NCBI GenBank assembly: GCA_036397455.1
Contig: DASWIX010000079.1
Coordinates: 7,572 to 71,571 of the forward strand
DNA: 64,000 bases
From: Gemmatimonadales bacterium
GTDB lineage: Bacteria; Gemmatimonadota; Gemmatimonadetes; Gemmatimonadales; GWC2-71-9
Direction: 5' to 3'
Position numbers and translations under genes: made by a program. Each line of letters begins with the position of its first letter. Position 1 is the stretch's first letter. The notes under the pieces are model-generated. The model worked only from the letters and a program-made list of their open reading frames with translations. It had not been told where the DNA came from and did no database searches. Below are positions 7,086 to 16,691 of this stretch, one piece after another.

Positions 7086-9928
7086 CAGTAGTTAAAGCCG
7101 AAGAAGAAGTCCAGGAAACGTCGACCGGACCTGCTTGGCGGAAGCGAGTATCCGTCGACATCCCCGAACTCGAATCGGTAGCCCCAGTCGAGCCGAAGGA
7201 CGATCGGGTAGAGTACCGGCATCCGGAAGCTGACTCCGGCGCTCCCCAACACACCCCGCCCCGCCGTCGTCTCATTCCAGGCACCCCCGACATCACCGAA
7301 CACCGCCCCTTGGATACCGGGAAACCGCAGCGTCCCGACCGGAAGACCGATCGCCAAAAAGTCAGACAACGGAAACCGGACTTCCTGATTGACCAGAAAC
7401 GCCGTGGTTCCCGCCACGTTGCCAAAGCGCGGGTAACCGCGCAACGCCCATGGCCCGCCGATGGTGATCCGGCGCGGCCGGCTTCCGTCCGCGTGGTAGC
7501 CGAACACCCGGACCGCGTACGCGGCCCGCTGGGCGATGCGGAAGTACTTTCGTTGATCCAACGCGATCAGCCACGAATCGAATCGCCCGTTCGAAAGATC
7601 GTTGGTGACGCCGACGGTGATGTTGCGCCGCTGGCCATCGATCGGACCGGTCTCCAGCCACAGCGAGTTGTCCTTGACGACACTGAGCAGGTTCGACGCC
7701 AACCAGCCAACGCGACGAGGCTCCACGACGTCTCCGCCAACGATGTCAAACCGATCGGAACGCTCGAGCCGGAGCTGCGCCTCCAGGCGCGAGAAGCGCG
7801 AGAAGGGCCAGCGGACCTCACCGAACCCGCCGAACGACGTTTCTTCGAAGATGGTTTCGAAGTCTCCCTCGCGAAACAGGCCGCGTAACCGGAACAGGCC
7901 GGCTCCCCAGTTGAGTCGCCGCTTCTGGTTCAGGTAGAACAACGATCCATTGACGTTCTCGAAGAAATTGCCGATGCCCGTCCCTTGAAACGACGTGAGC
8001 GACAAGAACAGCAAGTGGTCACTCAACAGGTCAGAAAACAGAAACAACGCGCCCTGCGCCGATCCGATGCCGGGCGCGACGACCGCGTCACCCGTCGCGA
8101 AATCGAGACTGAACCGGCGTCGGTACGAGTCGTGAGTCACGTTGGTGTACGTGCTGTTTCGCAGCTCCGTCCACTCCCATCCGGCCGGTTCGGTGGCTGG
8201 GACATTGAGCGCGATCATCGGCCGATCGGCCGTATCCGGCTCGAGCGGCGCGCGGAAGATGCCGAAGCCAAGGTCGCTGAACCCGCCGAACACGATCGCG
8301 TTCTCCGTTTCAACCCATTGCGGATCGAACGCGCCGGTCAGGGTCGTCGTTTCCTGCCTGCCGTAGCCTTCCTCGTCGATCGAGAACACGTCAAACACGC
8401 CGTGCCGATCCGAGGAGAAGTAGATGCGCCCGTTGGCCGCCCACCGCGGTGTCTCGTCACGCCACGCGCCGCGCGTCAGGTAGCGGACGGCCCCTGTCGC
8501 GACATCGAGCAGGAAGAGGTTCAACGCGCCGTCGGGGCCGTATGCGGTTCGATCGGACGCGAATACGATGCGGCGCCCGTCAGGACTGAAACTCGGATCC
8601 AGGTCCTCGAAGTGATCCTCCGTGAGCCGTTCCAGCCGGCCGTTCGGCAACCGCAGCCGGTACAGATCGGATAACCCCGAAATGGATAACCCACTGAAGA
8701 CCACGCTGGACCCATCCGGCGCCCACGAGGGGGACAACACGCCCACCAATTCGGGAAACTGGTAGCGTCCCACCACCCGATCCCGCACGATGTCCCAGAA
8801 GAACAGCGCATCACGCTCCAGGTACTTGCTCGTGAAGACGGCGATCCCGTTTCGCACGTCCATCCGCGATGCAAACGGGTGGAACGATTCGAATTCCGCC
8901 GATCGTTCTCCTTTCACCATCGCTTCCGCCCGGCGACGGGCGCGCCACCCCGTCCGGTAGATGTTCATGTAGCCGGTGCTCGGCGACAGGTACAGCAGTT
9001 CGGTCGTGGAGTCCTGCGGGTTCACGTAGGCGACCGGCTTGATCGCGATGTCGGCGATCTTGGTCGCCGTCAAGGCGAGCGGACGGCGCTCGTGCACGGC
9101 CGGGAAGTAGCGCTGGCGAAAATCCTGCAGGAAGCGCTCGTTCAGTTTGCCAAACGGGACGCCGTACACGGCCGTCATCGCTTCGTCGAACGAGGCGTAC
9201 TTCCACAAGTCCCGGTAGAGAACCTGGACGCGCCAATCGCCGAACTCCCGTGCCAGCCACCGGTGAATCGCACCGCCGATCGGGTACACCACGCCACTAT
9301 AGATGTAGTTCAACTGTTGCAGGCTGGGGAGCGACCCGGTGACCGTCAGTTCCCGCAGGATCATCTCGTCGCGCCCATCCTCCCCGCCGGACCAGAACTC
9401 CGCCAGGCCCTCGCTCCACCACAGGGGCAGCCGGGGCCGGGTCGTGCGCGGATGCCGCGCAAACACTTCGGATTCGAGACTCAGTTGAAACGCATGCACC
9501 ATCTCGTGTCGGAGCGTATGCCGAAACTCCGCATAGTTGCCCTGAAACGGCAGCGTCACCCGTCGCTTGGTGAACTCGGTGACGCCGAGGATCCCCTCAG
9601 GCGGCACGAACGGCAGGACGTTCGTCTGCTCAAAATCGGTGAAGGAGGCATAGACGATGAGGGGAATGCGGCGCCGGGGAGCGTGGCCGAACTTGCGCTC
9701 GAGGACGGCAAAACTCTCCTCCGCATACACCAGCGCCAGCCTGGCGAGTGCTTCCTCCTCGGGGTAGTGATACAGGTCCACATGCTCGCCCGGGAGCACC
9801 CGCCACTCGAAGTCGCGATAATGGATCTTGTTCTGGCCGAAATAGTTGATTTGCGCCGACGCGACGGTCGGGCACGCGAGCACCAGCACGATCGCGGCGC
9901 ACGCGCTGCGTGCAGCGATGGGTCGCAT
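7085..9928 (-). CDS. Gluzincin peptidase + PD40/TolB-like propeller + Omp85 (BamA/TamA-type) beta-barrel protein
   Basis: Signal peptide; HEMVH…WWSEGLAE; PSWAPDG and PSFSPDG repeats; ALRGY loop motif; C-terminal FFFGFNY. Confidence 0.85.
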   Translation of the reverse strand: MRPIAARSACAAIVLVLACPTVASAQINYFGQNKIHYRDFEWRVLPGEHVDLYHYPEEEALARLALVYAEESFAVLERKFGHAPRRRIPLIVYASFTDFEQTNVLPFVPPEGILGVTEFTKRRVTLPFQGNYAEFRHTLRHEMVHAFQLSLESEVFARHPRTTRPRLPLWWSEGLAEFWSGGEDGRDEMILRELTVTGSLPSLQQLNYIYSGVVYPIGGAIHRWLAREFGDWRVQVLYRDLWKYASFDEAMTAVYGVPFGKLNERFLQDFRQRYFPAVHERRPLALTATKIADIAIKPVAYVNPQDSTTELLYLSPSTGYMNIYRTGWRARRRAEAMVKGERSAEFESFHPFASRMDVRNGIAVFTSKYLERDALFFWDIVRDRVVGRYQFPELVGVLSPSWAPDGSSVVFSGLSISGLSDLYRLRLPNGRLERLTEDHFEDLDPSFSPDGRRIVFASDRTAYGPDGALNLFLLDVATGAVRYLTRGAWRDETPRWAANGRIYFSSDRHGVFDVFSIDEEGYGRQETTTLTGAFDPQWVETENAIVFGGFSDLGFGIFRAPLEPDTADRPMIALNVPATEPAGWEWTELRNSTYTNVTHDSYRRRFSLDFATGDAVVAPGIGSAQGALFLFSDLLSDHLLFLSLTSFQGTGIGNFFENVNGSLFYLNQKRRLNWGAGLFRLRGLFREGDFETIFEETSFGGFGEVRWPFSRFSRLEAQLRLERSDRFDIVGGDVVEPRRVGWLASNLLSVVKDNSLWLETGPIDGQRRNITVGVTNDLSNGRFDSWLIALDQRKYFRIAQRAAYAVRVFGYHADGSRPRRITIGGPWALRGYPRFGNVAGTTAFLVNQEVRFPLSDFLAIGLPVGTLRFPGIQGAVFGDVGGAWNETTAGRGVLGSAGVSFRMPVLYPIVLRLDWGYRFEFGDVDGYSLPPSRSGRRFLDFFFGFNY

Positions 9929-9930
9929 CG

Positions 9931-11997
9931 TCACGGGCGCCGGATCCGGCGAATGCGGTCGCCCTGCGTGACGAGATCGACAACATCCATGCCTTCCAGT
10001 ACCCGCCCGATCACGGTGTAGGTCCCGTCGAGATGGGGTTGGGGACTGTGCGTAATAAAGAACTGGCTCCCACCGGTATCGGGTCCGGAGAGCGCCATGC
10101 CAACCGTGCCGCGTTCGTAGCGCTGCAGGTTGATCTCGTCGCGCAGGGCGTACCCCGGCCCACCCCATCCGTCGCCACGCGGGTCGCCGGCCTGGATCAC
10201 GAAGTTCGGCACCACGCGGTGCCACATGCTTCCGTCAAAATAGCGGCGGTCCGCCAGTTGGAAGAACGCGTTCATGGTGAGGGGCGCATCCTCGACGAAC
10301 ATGCGGAGCAGGATGCGACCGCGGTCGGTTTCGATCACGAGCAGGGTATCGCGGTCTCCACCCGGGGCCACGAACTGCCGCGCGATCTCGCGATAATCCT
10401 CATATCCCCGGCCGGTGGTGATCGACGTGACGCTCCCCCATCGCCTGGCCGCTTCGGGGAAACGCCGTTCGGCAGCGCGACGTACCACGTAGTCATCGGA
10501 GGTCGGAAACCGGGGGAAAAACCGCGTCTCGATGAGGGCCGCTCCACGCGATCCGGCATCGGCAATCGCGCCGAGCGCGCCGAGCACGGCGATGCGCGCG
10601 ACCGGGGTCGAATCGGGGAGCGCAAGCCGGTAGGCCTGAACCAACCGCGCAACGTCCGCGGTATCCGGTACGCTCGCCAACCGGTCGGCGGCAACCGCGC
10701 GCACAACCGCGTCCGGGTGAACCATCAGTTCGCGCGCTCGGGCGGTCGCCGCATCCGGCGCAACCGCGGCGAGGCTCGACAGCGCAGCGGCCGCCACCCG
10801 CGGATCCGGATCCCGCGTCATGTGCACGAGCCAGGGCACGACGGTGTCCTGCGCGATGTAGCCCAGCGCCGTCGCGCCGACCGAGCGGTACTGCCAGTCG
10901 GTGGACCCGAGCCACCCACCGATGACGCCGAGCGCGTGGATACCCTCGAGCCGGGCCAACCCCATGAGCGCCTCGCGTCGAATGGCCCGTGTACCTTTGT
11001 CGAGATGCCCGCGTAGCGCGGCGATCGCGTCCGCACCACCGAGGTCCGCCAGCGCCGACACGGCCTGGACGCGCACGTTGAGGTCGGAATCGGACAGACG
11101 GTCGAGCGCGGCGGGCGCCAGCGTGCTGTCGCGATAGGTGGCCAACGCGCGCAGGGCGTTCACCCGCACCTGCGGGTGGTTGTCCGACACGAGCCGGCGC
11201 ACCCGCGCCGCGAGCGCCGCGCGGTCGAGGTGCGCGCTGTCCGCGTACGCGGCGCTGAGCGCCCTGACCGCATAGGCCCGCATGTCGTCCTCCCGGCTGT
11301 CGGTCGCCGCGAGCAGCGCGTCCGAGGCCTCAGGTCGGCGCAGCCGCGCGAGCGAGTAGACGGCACCGATCTTGGTCCGGCGCAGGGGGGAGACGGTGAA
11401 CTCGATCAGTTCCTCCACCGGAGCATTCGGGCCGAATCGCCAGGATTCGACCACCGCCGTCGTGACGGAGACGGGAGGGGCGGAACTCGACGCCCGGCCG
11501 GCCCACGGCCGCAGCACCTCCTGAAAGACCGCGAGCGCGGCAGGTCCTCCAATCTTGGCAAGAGCCGTGATCGCTTCCGCATGGACCCCGAACTGATCGT
11601 CGGGAGGCGTCGTGAGGACCAGTTCGCGCAACCGACCGATGGCGCTCGTGTCGCCGATCATCCCGAGCGCGAACGCCGCGCGGCTCTGCACGGCGGTGTC
11701 GGGATCCTGGAGCAGCTCGATGAGAATGGGTACCGCCGCCCGATCCCCGATCCGTCCCATGGCCAGAGCGGTGGCGCCGCGCACGGCCGGTTCCGGATGA
11801 CGGGCCGCCGGGTTCAGCACCGCCGGGTTGAACTGGCGGGTGTCCTCAGCCTGGAGCACGCCCGCCAGCATATCAGCGACCTGCGCGTCCTGTCCCCGCA
11901 CTTGCGGCGCGCCGAGGACGAGGAGACTAGATGCGAACAGGATCGACGATGGGAATGAGCGCCGACCGAACGGTCTCGGGAATCGTGGTGCGTGCAT
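9931..11997 (-). CDS. Secreted HEAT-repeat protein with a C-terminal cyclophilin-type peptidyl-prolyl isomerase
   Basis: HEAT-PBS repeats; HRVVPNFVIQAGDPRGDGWGGPG, GSQFFITH, PHLDGTYTV. Confidence 0.92.
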   Translation of the reverse strand: MHAPRFPRPFGRRSFPSSILFASSLLVLGAPQVRGQDAQVADMLAGVLQAEDTRQFNPAVLNPAARHPEPAVRGATALAMGRIGDRAAVPILIELLQDPDTAVQSRAAFALGMIGDTSAIGRLRELVLTTPPDDQFGVHAEAITALAKIGGPAALAVFQEVLRPWAGRASSSAPPVSVTTAVVESWRFGPNAPVEELIEFTVSPLRRTKIGAVYSLARLRRPEASDALLAATDSREDDMRAYAVRALSAAYADSAHLDRAALAARVRRLVSDNHPQVRVNALRALATYRDSTLAPAALDRLSDSDLNVRVQAVSALADLGGADAIAALRGHLDKGTRAIRREALMGLARLEGIHALGVIGGWLGSTDWQYRSVGATALGYIAQDTVVPWLVHMTRDPDPRVAAAALSSLAAVAPDAATARARELMVHPDAVVRAVAADRLASVPDTADVARLVQAYRLALPDSTPVARIAVLGALGAIADAGSRGAALIETRFFPRFPTSDDYVVRRAAERRFPEAARRWGSVTSITTGRGYEDYREIARQFVAPGGDRDTLLVIETDRGRILLRMFVEDAPLTMNAFFQLADRRYFDGSMWHRVVPNFVIQAGDPRGDGWGGPGYALRDEINLQRYERGTVGMALSGPDTGGSQFFITHSPQPHLDGTYTVIGRVLEGMDVVDLVTQGDRIRRIRRP

Positions 11998-12349
11998 AAT
12001 CGGAATCTAAGGCGATGAGCGCGGTTCGGGCCGTGGCCACGACACGGTCGTCAACGACCTGCTGGATGACGTACCCGAACTCCACTCGCCGGGTCCCGAC
12101 GTCCCGCACCCAGCATCGGATCCGCAGCGCGTCATCGAACGTCGCCGCGGAGCGGTATCGTACCTGCGCTTCGATGACGGCGAGCCGTAATCCGTCCTCC
12201 TCGAGTTGGCGGTAGCTGATGCCTTGTCCCCGCAGGTACTCCGTGCGAGCGATATCACACCACACGAGGTAGTTCGCATGGTACACGACGCCCATCTGAT
12301 CGGTTTCGGCGTACCGAACGGTGATTGCGACGCTCGTCACGGCGTTCAC
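11927..12349 (-). CDS. YbgC/FadM-family acyl-CoA thioesterase
   Basis: VRYAETDQMGVVYHANYL; start approximate (GTG 12349). Confidence 0.9.
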   Translation of the reverse strand: MNAVTSVAITVRYAETDQMGVVYHANYLVWCDIARTEYLRGQGISYRQLEEDGLRLAVIEAQVRYRSAATFDDALRIRCWVRDVGTRRVEFGYVIQQVVDDRVVATARTALIALDSDYARTTIPETVRSALIPIVDPVRI

Positions 12350-12389
12350 GGTGCTTGGCGCTCCTGGTGGCAACCCAATATACTGCGCC

Positions 12390-13121
12390 GTGCCCAACGA
12401 AACCGTCGTCATCGTCTCGGACGTGCACCTCGGCGCGGCCCCGGAAGCGACGGCCGCCGCCTTTCACCGCTTTCTCGAGTCGGTCCCCGACATGGCGCGA
12501 CATCTTGTCATCAACGGTGACCTGTTCGATTTCTGGTTCGAGTACCGCTCGGTCATCCCACGGCGGGCCTTTCCGACCCTGAACGTCCTGCATCGTATGC
12601 GGCGCGCCGGGGTACGCATCACGATGACCGGTGGCAATCACGATCGCTGGGGCGGGCCGTTTTGGCACGAAGAACTCGGCGCCTCGTTTCATCCGGAGGG
12701 CACACGGCTTGACGTCGCGGGGTGGCGCACATTCCTGACTCACGGTGACGGCCTGACGGAGAGCCTGTGGGCTTCCGCGATGCTGCACCGCCTGACTCGA
12801 TGGCCGCCGACGATCTGGGCGTTCCGCCTGCTGCACCCAGATGTCGGCTATCGGTTGGTGAACCTGATGTCGCGGAGCCTGGCGGATCGGAACCGCGATC
12901 CGGCGGTCCAGGCGCGAGCCGCTACCGACCAGGCGACGTTCGCCGGGCACTACCTCTCCGCCAACCCGGCGGTCGACCTCCTGGTGCTGGGACACACCCA
13001 TCGACCGGCCCTGATCGCATTCGGGGAGCGACGCTGGTATCTGAATCCCGGGGCGTGGGTGGAGGGGATGCGGTACGCGATCGTGACTCCGGATGGCCCC
13101 ACACTCGCGTCGATGGCCTAG
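12390..13121 (+). CDS. lpxH: UDP-2,3-diacylglucosamine hydrolase (LpxH-like metallophosphoesterase)
   Basis: SDVHLG, NGDLFDFW, GNHD, HGDG, GHTH; TATACT lies 5 nt before GTG 12390. Confidence 0.85.
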   Translation: MPNETVVIVSDVHLGAAPEATAAAFHRFLESVPDMARHLVINGDLFDFWFEYRSVIPRRAFPTLNVLHRMRRAGVRITMTGGNHDRWGGPFWHEELGASFHPEGTRLDVAGWRTFLTHGDGLTESLWASAMLHRLTRWPPTIWAFRLLHPDVGYRLVNLMSRSLADRNRDPAVQARAATDQATFAGHYLSANPAVDLLVLGHTHRPALIAFGERRWYLNPGAWVEGMRYAIVTPDGPTLASMA

Positions 13122-13627
13122 CGCGAACCGAGCGCGACCCGGGCACCGAGGCCCAGCGAACCGTCGGGGAGCCCGCGCGTCTCGAGCTCGATCGGAAAGT
13201 CCCATAGCTGGGCCGAGACGAACGCCTCCGCCCCCGCCATCAGGTGGTTGAACACGATCAGCACCGCCCAATCCTGGATCTCCTGTCGTTTCCCCACCGC
13301 CCGCTCGTCCGCGCCGATCTTCTCCAGATAGGCAAGCTGGTGCACGGCCTTGAGCGTCATCCCAATCGACACGCCCTCCCAAAACACGAACAGCGCTCCG
13401 GTCACCCGGCGACCGAGGATCGACTGACCCCATCCGGGGATGAGCAGTGAGCGCCCGAAGGCGCTGAGCGGCGAGATCGGGGGATCGACGCGGAAGGCCG
13501 GCACCTTGACGGTATCCGCGCGCGTCGAATCGACCGGGACCTGACGCGGCGTCGGCACCGGGAATTGCGCCAACGCGTTCGATACACTCAGGGCGGCGGC
13601 CAGTCCGACGACGGTCAGGACACGCAT
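13118..13627 (-). CDS. Hypothetical exported/membrane protein (DUF5683-like)
   Basis: Signal peptide; RSLLIPGWGQ motif. Confidence 0.65.
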   Translation of the reverse strand: MRVLTVVGLAAALSVSNALAQFPVPTPRQVPVDSTRADTVKVPAFRVDPPISPLSAFGRSLLIPGWGQSILGRRVTGALFVFWEGVSIGMTLKAVHQLAYLEKIGADERAVGKRQEIQDWAVLIVFNHLMAGAEAFVSAQLWDFPIELETRGLPDGSLGLGARVALGSR

Positions 13628-14517
13628 AGGACCGGCAGGCGCTGTGTCACCACTTCCGCCTCGACGGACGGGGCGTCATAACGGCGAAGCTCACCGTCGA
13701 GGTGCACCGTCAACGGAATCCCCGGGGTCGTGATCCGGATGTGGGCGGTGCGAAACGCGGTGACTTCGGCGAGACCTTCGTGCCTGCCGGCGATGACGCG
13801 AGGTAGGTACCGCACGAAGCGCAGGAAGCCGACCTCGCGAATCGCACAGACATCGAACAGCCCGTCCGTGGGATCCGCGCGAGGGGTGAGACGGAACCCC
13901 CCACCTGCCGTCGTGCCGATCGCGACCTCCGCCAACACGAGCGGACCGGTATGGGTGTGTTCCGCCGACGCCAGGCCGACGGTGACGGGACGGAATCGGG
14001 CGAAGGCACGGAGGACGGCGGCAACATACAACGCGAAGCCGCGGAGGTTGGGGTAGCGTTGCATCTGATCGAGCACCGCCGTGTCGAACCCGACCCCAAG
14101 ACCATTGGTGAAGTACTCCCCGGCGACGCGACCGACATCGAACCGCCGGGGTCGACCCCGCTCGAGCGCTTCAACCGCGGCCTTTACCGCACGAACCGGC
14201 AGGCCGGTCAGCTTGGCGAAGTCGTTCCCGGTACCGATGCCGATGATCCCGAGGGTGGTTTCGGGGCGCTCGGCCGCGAGGATCCCGTTCGCCACGCCAT
14301 GCACGGTACCGTCGCCACCCGCGGCGATCACGAGTTCCCAGCCATCGCGGGCACCCTCGAACGCGAGATCCCTTTCCTCTCCCGGCCGAGTGGTTGGGCG
14401 CATCTCGACGTGCCACCCGCGGTCACGAAACGCCTCCGCGATTGGCCGACCGAGGCGGCTGCCGCGCCCTCTCCCCGCCACGGGGTTCAACACCACCAGC
14501 GCCCGCTTGACGGTCAT
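13615..14517 (-). CDS. Diacylglycerol kinase family lipid kinase (YegS/DAGK)
   Basis: NPVAG, GGDGTV, GTGNDFA, GVGFD, LDGE. Confidence 0.93.
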   Translation of the reverse strand: MTVKRALVVLNPVAGRGRGSRLGRPIAEAFRDRGWHVEMRPTTRPGEERDLAFEGARDGWELVIAAGGDGTVHGVANGILAAERPETTLGIIGIGTGNDFAKLTGLPVRAVKAAVEALERGRPRRFDVGRVAGEYFTNGLGVGFDTAVLDQMQRYPNLRGFALYVAAVLRAFARFRPVTVGLASAEHTHTGPLVLAEVAIGTTAGGGFRLTPRADPTDGLFDVCAIREVGFLRFVRYLPRVIAGRHEGLAEVTAFRTAHIRITTPGIPLTVHLDGELRRYDAPSVEAEVVTQRLPVLCVS

Positions 14518-14527
14518 CGCGCGGGAG

Positions 14528-14624
14528 TGGCGGGAGCGTGTGGGAATCGAACCCACCGGAGCCGCCTCAGGCGCCTCCCGACGGTTTTGAAGACCGCACA
14601 GGCCACCAGGCCCGATCCGCCCCC
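14528..14624 (-). tRNA. selC: tRNA-Sec(UCA)
   Basis: 97 nt; anticodon loop CTTCAAA; 6-bp D-stem with a 4-nt loop; long variable arm; 8/5 acceptor/T layout; ends G-CCA. Confidence 0.95.
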
Positions 14625-14629
14625 AACGG

Positions 14630-15007
14630 TCACCCGCGCTCGGCGATCACGTCGATCTCGACCAACGCCTGTTTCGGCAGCGTGCGGACGGCCACGGTGG
14701 AGCGAGCGGGCCGGTGTCCCCCGAACTCGGCGCCGTAGACCTGGTTCATGGCGGGAAAGTCCGCAATATCCGCCAAGTAGACGGTGGCCTTGACCACCCG
14801 ATCCAGTGACGTGCCAGCGGCGGCGAGCACAGCTTTCAGGTTTGCAAACACGCGCGTCGTTTGCGCCACGACGTCGCCGTCCACCAGCTGCATGGTGCCC
14901 GGATCGAGCCCGATCTGGCCGGCGGTATACACCATCTCGCCGGTCACGATCGCCTGGCTGTACGGCCCGATTGCCTCCGGGGCCGCGTCGGTCTGTACGG
15001 TGTTCAA
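14630..15007 (-). CDS. ridA: RidA/YjgF enamine-imine deaminase
   Basis: APEAIGPYSQA, AGQI, PARSTVAV, VEID. Confidence 0.95.
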   Translation of the reverse strand: MNTVQTDAAPEAIGPYSQAIVTGEMVYTAGQIGLDPGTMQLVDGDVVAQTTRVFANLKAVLAAAGTSLDRVVKATVYLADIADFPAMNQVYGAEFGGHRPARSTVAVRTLPKQALVEIDVIAERG

Positions 15008-15017
15008 TCTCCCCCCC

Positions 15018-16691
15018 TCAGAAAAGACCTTCGATCGTGCCGTCGGCGTCCACCCGCATCCGCTCGGCAGCCGGCGTCTTGCCCAGACCCGGCATGGTCA
15101 TGATATCGCCCGCGGTGGCCACCACAAACCCGGCTCCCGCTGACGGATAGATCTCGCGAATCGTGATCCGGAATCCGGTCGGTGCCCCAAGCTTGGACGC
15201 GTCGTCGCTGAACGAGTACTGGGTCTTGGCCATGCATACCGGTGTCTCCCCCAGGCCAAACGCGGTGAGTTGCGTCATGGCCCGTTCCGCCGCGGGCAGG
15301 AAATCGACGCCGTCGGCCCGGTAGATCTCACGCGCAATTGTCTCGATCTTCTCGCGGATGGGGAGCTTGGTGTCGTAGATCGGCTTGAACCGCGCCTCAC
15401 CCGCATCGAGCACGCCAAGCAGCACCTCGGCCAGCTCCAGGCCGCCTGCCCCACCCTTCTCCCATACTTCGGCGAGCGCCATCGGCACGCCCATCGCGGT
15501 GCAGCCCTTTCGGACGACATCGAGTTCCGACTCCGAGTCGGTGATGAACCGATTGAGCGACACGATGGGCGGGACCCCGAACTTCCGCACATTCTCCACG
15601 TGGCGGACCAGGTTCTGAAAGCCAGCTTCCACGGCGCCGGGATCCGGTATCGCCAAGTGCGCCTTATCGGCGCCACCGTGGAGCTTGAGCGCGCGAATCG
15701 TCGCCACAATGATGGCCGCTTCCGGTTTCAACCCGGCGCTACGGCATTTGATATGGAAGAACTTCTCCGCGCCCAGATCGGCCCCGAATCCCGCCTCGGT
15801 GATCACGAGGTCCGCCAGGCGCAGTGCGGCGTCCGTGGCAACGACCGAGTTGCAGCCGTGCGCGATGTTGCCGAACGGCCCGCAATGCACGAACGCCGGC
15901 CCACCTTCGAGTGTCTGCACCAGGTTCGGCAGCATCGCGTCCTTGAGGAGCAATGCCATCGCGCCGTGCGCTTTGAGGTCACTGGCCCGAACCGGTTGGC
16001 GGTCGCGCGTGGTCCCGACGATGATGCGGCCCAAGCGTTCCTCGAGATCCGCCTGATCGTTGGCGAGCGCCATGATGGCCATGACCTCGCTGGCCGGCGT
16101 GATGACGAATCGTTCTTCGCGCGGTACCCCGCCCAGCGGCCCACCGAGCCCGATGGTGATGTTCCGCAGCGCGCGGTCATTCATGTCCATGGTGCGCGGC
16201 CACGTGATCCGACGCTGGTCGAGACCGATCGGGTTGCTCTGGTGCAGGTGGTTGTCGAGCATCGCGGACAGCAGGTTGTGCGCACTGCTGATGGCGTGGA
16301 AGTCACCGGTGAAGTGGAGATTGATGTCTTCCATCGGGACGACCTGGGCGTAACCACCGCCCGCCGCGCCGCCCTTGATCCCGAACACCGGTCCGAGGCT
16401 CGGCTCGCGGATACACGCCGCCACGCCTTCGCGCTGCTGCTGGAGCGCCTGCGTGAGTCCGATCGTGACCGTCGATTTCCCTTCGCCGGCGGCGGTCGGG
16501 TTGATGCCGGTGACGAGGACGAGCCGGCCCTTGCGCGGACGATCGCGCAGGGACGCCAGGCGGACCTTGGCCTTGGTGGGACCGTAGAGGATCAGATCGT
16601 CGGCCGCGAGCCCCAAGGTATTGGCGACCTCGGTGATTGGCCGCGGCCTCGCGGCTTGCGCAATAGCGATATCCGTTGGAACCGTCGTCAT
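15018..16691 (-). CDS. fhs: Formate--tetrahydrofolate ligase
   Basis: PTAAGEGKST, IKGGAAGGGYAQV, GPFGNIAHGCNS, TEAGFGADLGAEKF, CMAKTQYS. Confidence 0.98.
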   Translation of the reverse strand: MTTVPTDIAIAQAARPRPITEVANTLGLAADDLILYGPTKAKVRLASLRDRPRKGRLVLVTGINPTAAGEGKSTVTIGLTQALQQQREGVAACIREPSLGPVFGIKGGAAGGGYAQVVPMEDINLHFTGDFHAISSAHNLLSAMLDNHLHQSNPIGLDQRRITWPRTMDMNDRALRNITIGLGGPLGGVPREERFVITPASEVMAIMALANDQADLEERLGRIIVGTTRDRQPVRASDLKAHGAMALLLKDAMLPNLVQTLEGGPAFVHCGPFGNIAHGCNSVVATDAALRLADLVITEAGFGADLGAEKFFHIKCRSAGLKPEAAIIVATIRALKLHGGADKAHLAIPDPGAVEAGFQNLVRHVENVRKFGVPPIVSLNRFITDSESELDVVRKGCTAMGVPMALAEVWEKGGAGGLELAEVLLGVLDAGEARFKPIYDTKLPIREKIETIAREIYRADGVDFLPAAERAMTQLTAFGLGETPVCMAKTQYSFSDDASKLGAPTGFRITIREIYPSAGAGFVVATAGDIMTMPGLGKTPAAERMRVDADGTIEGLF

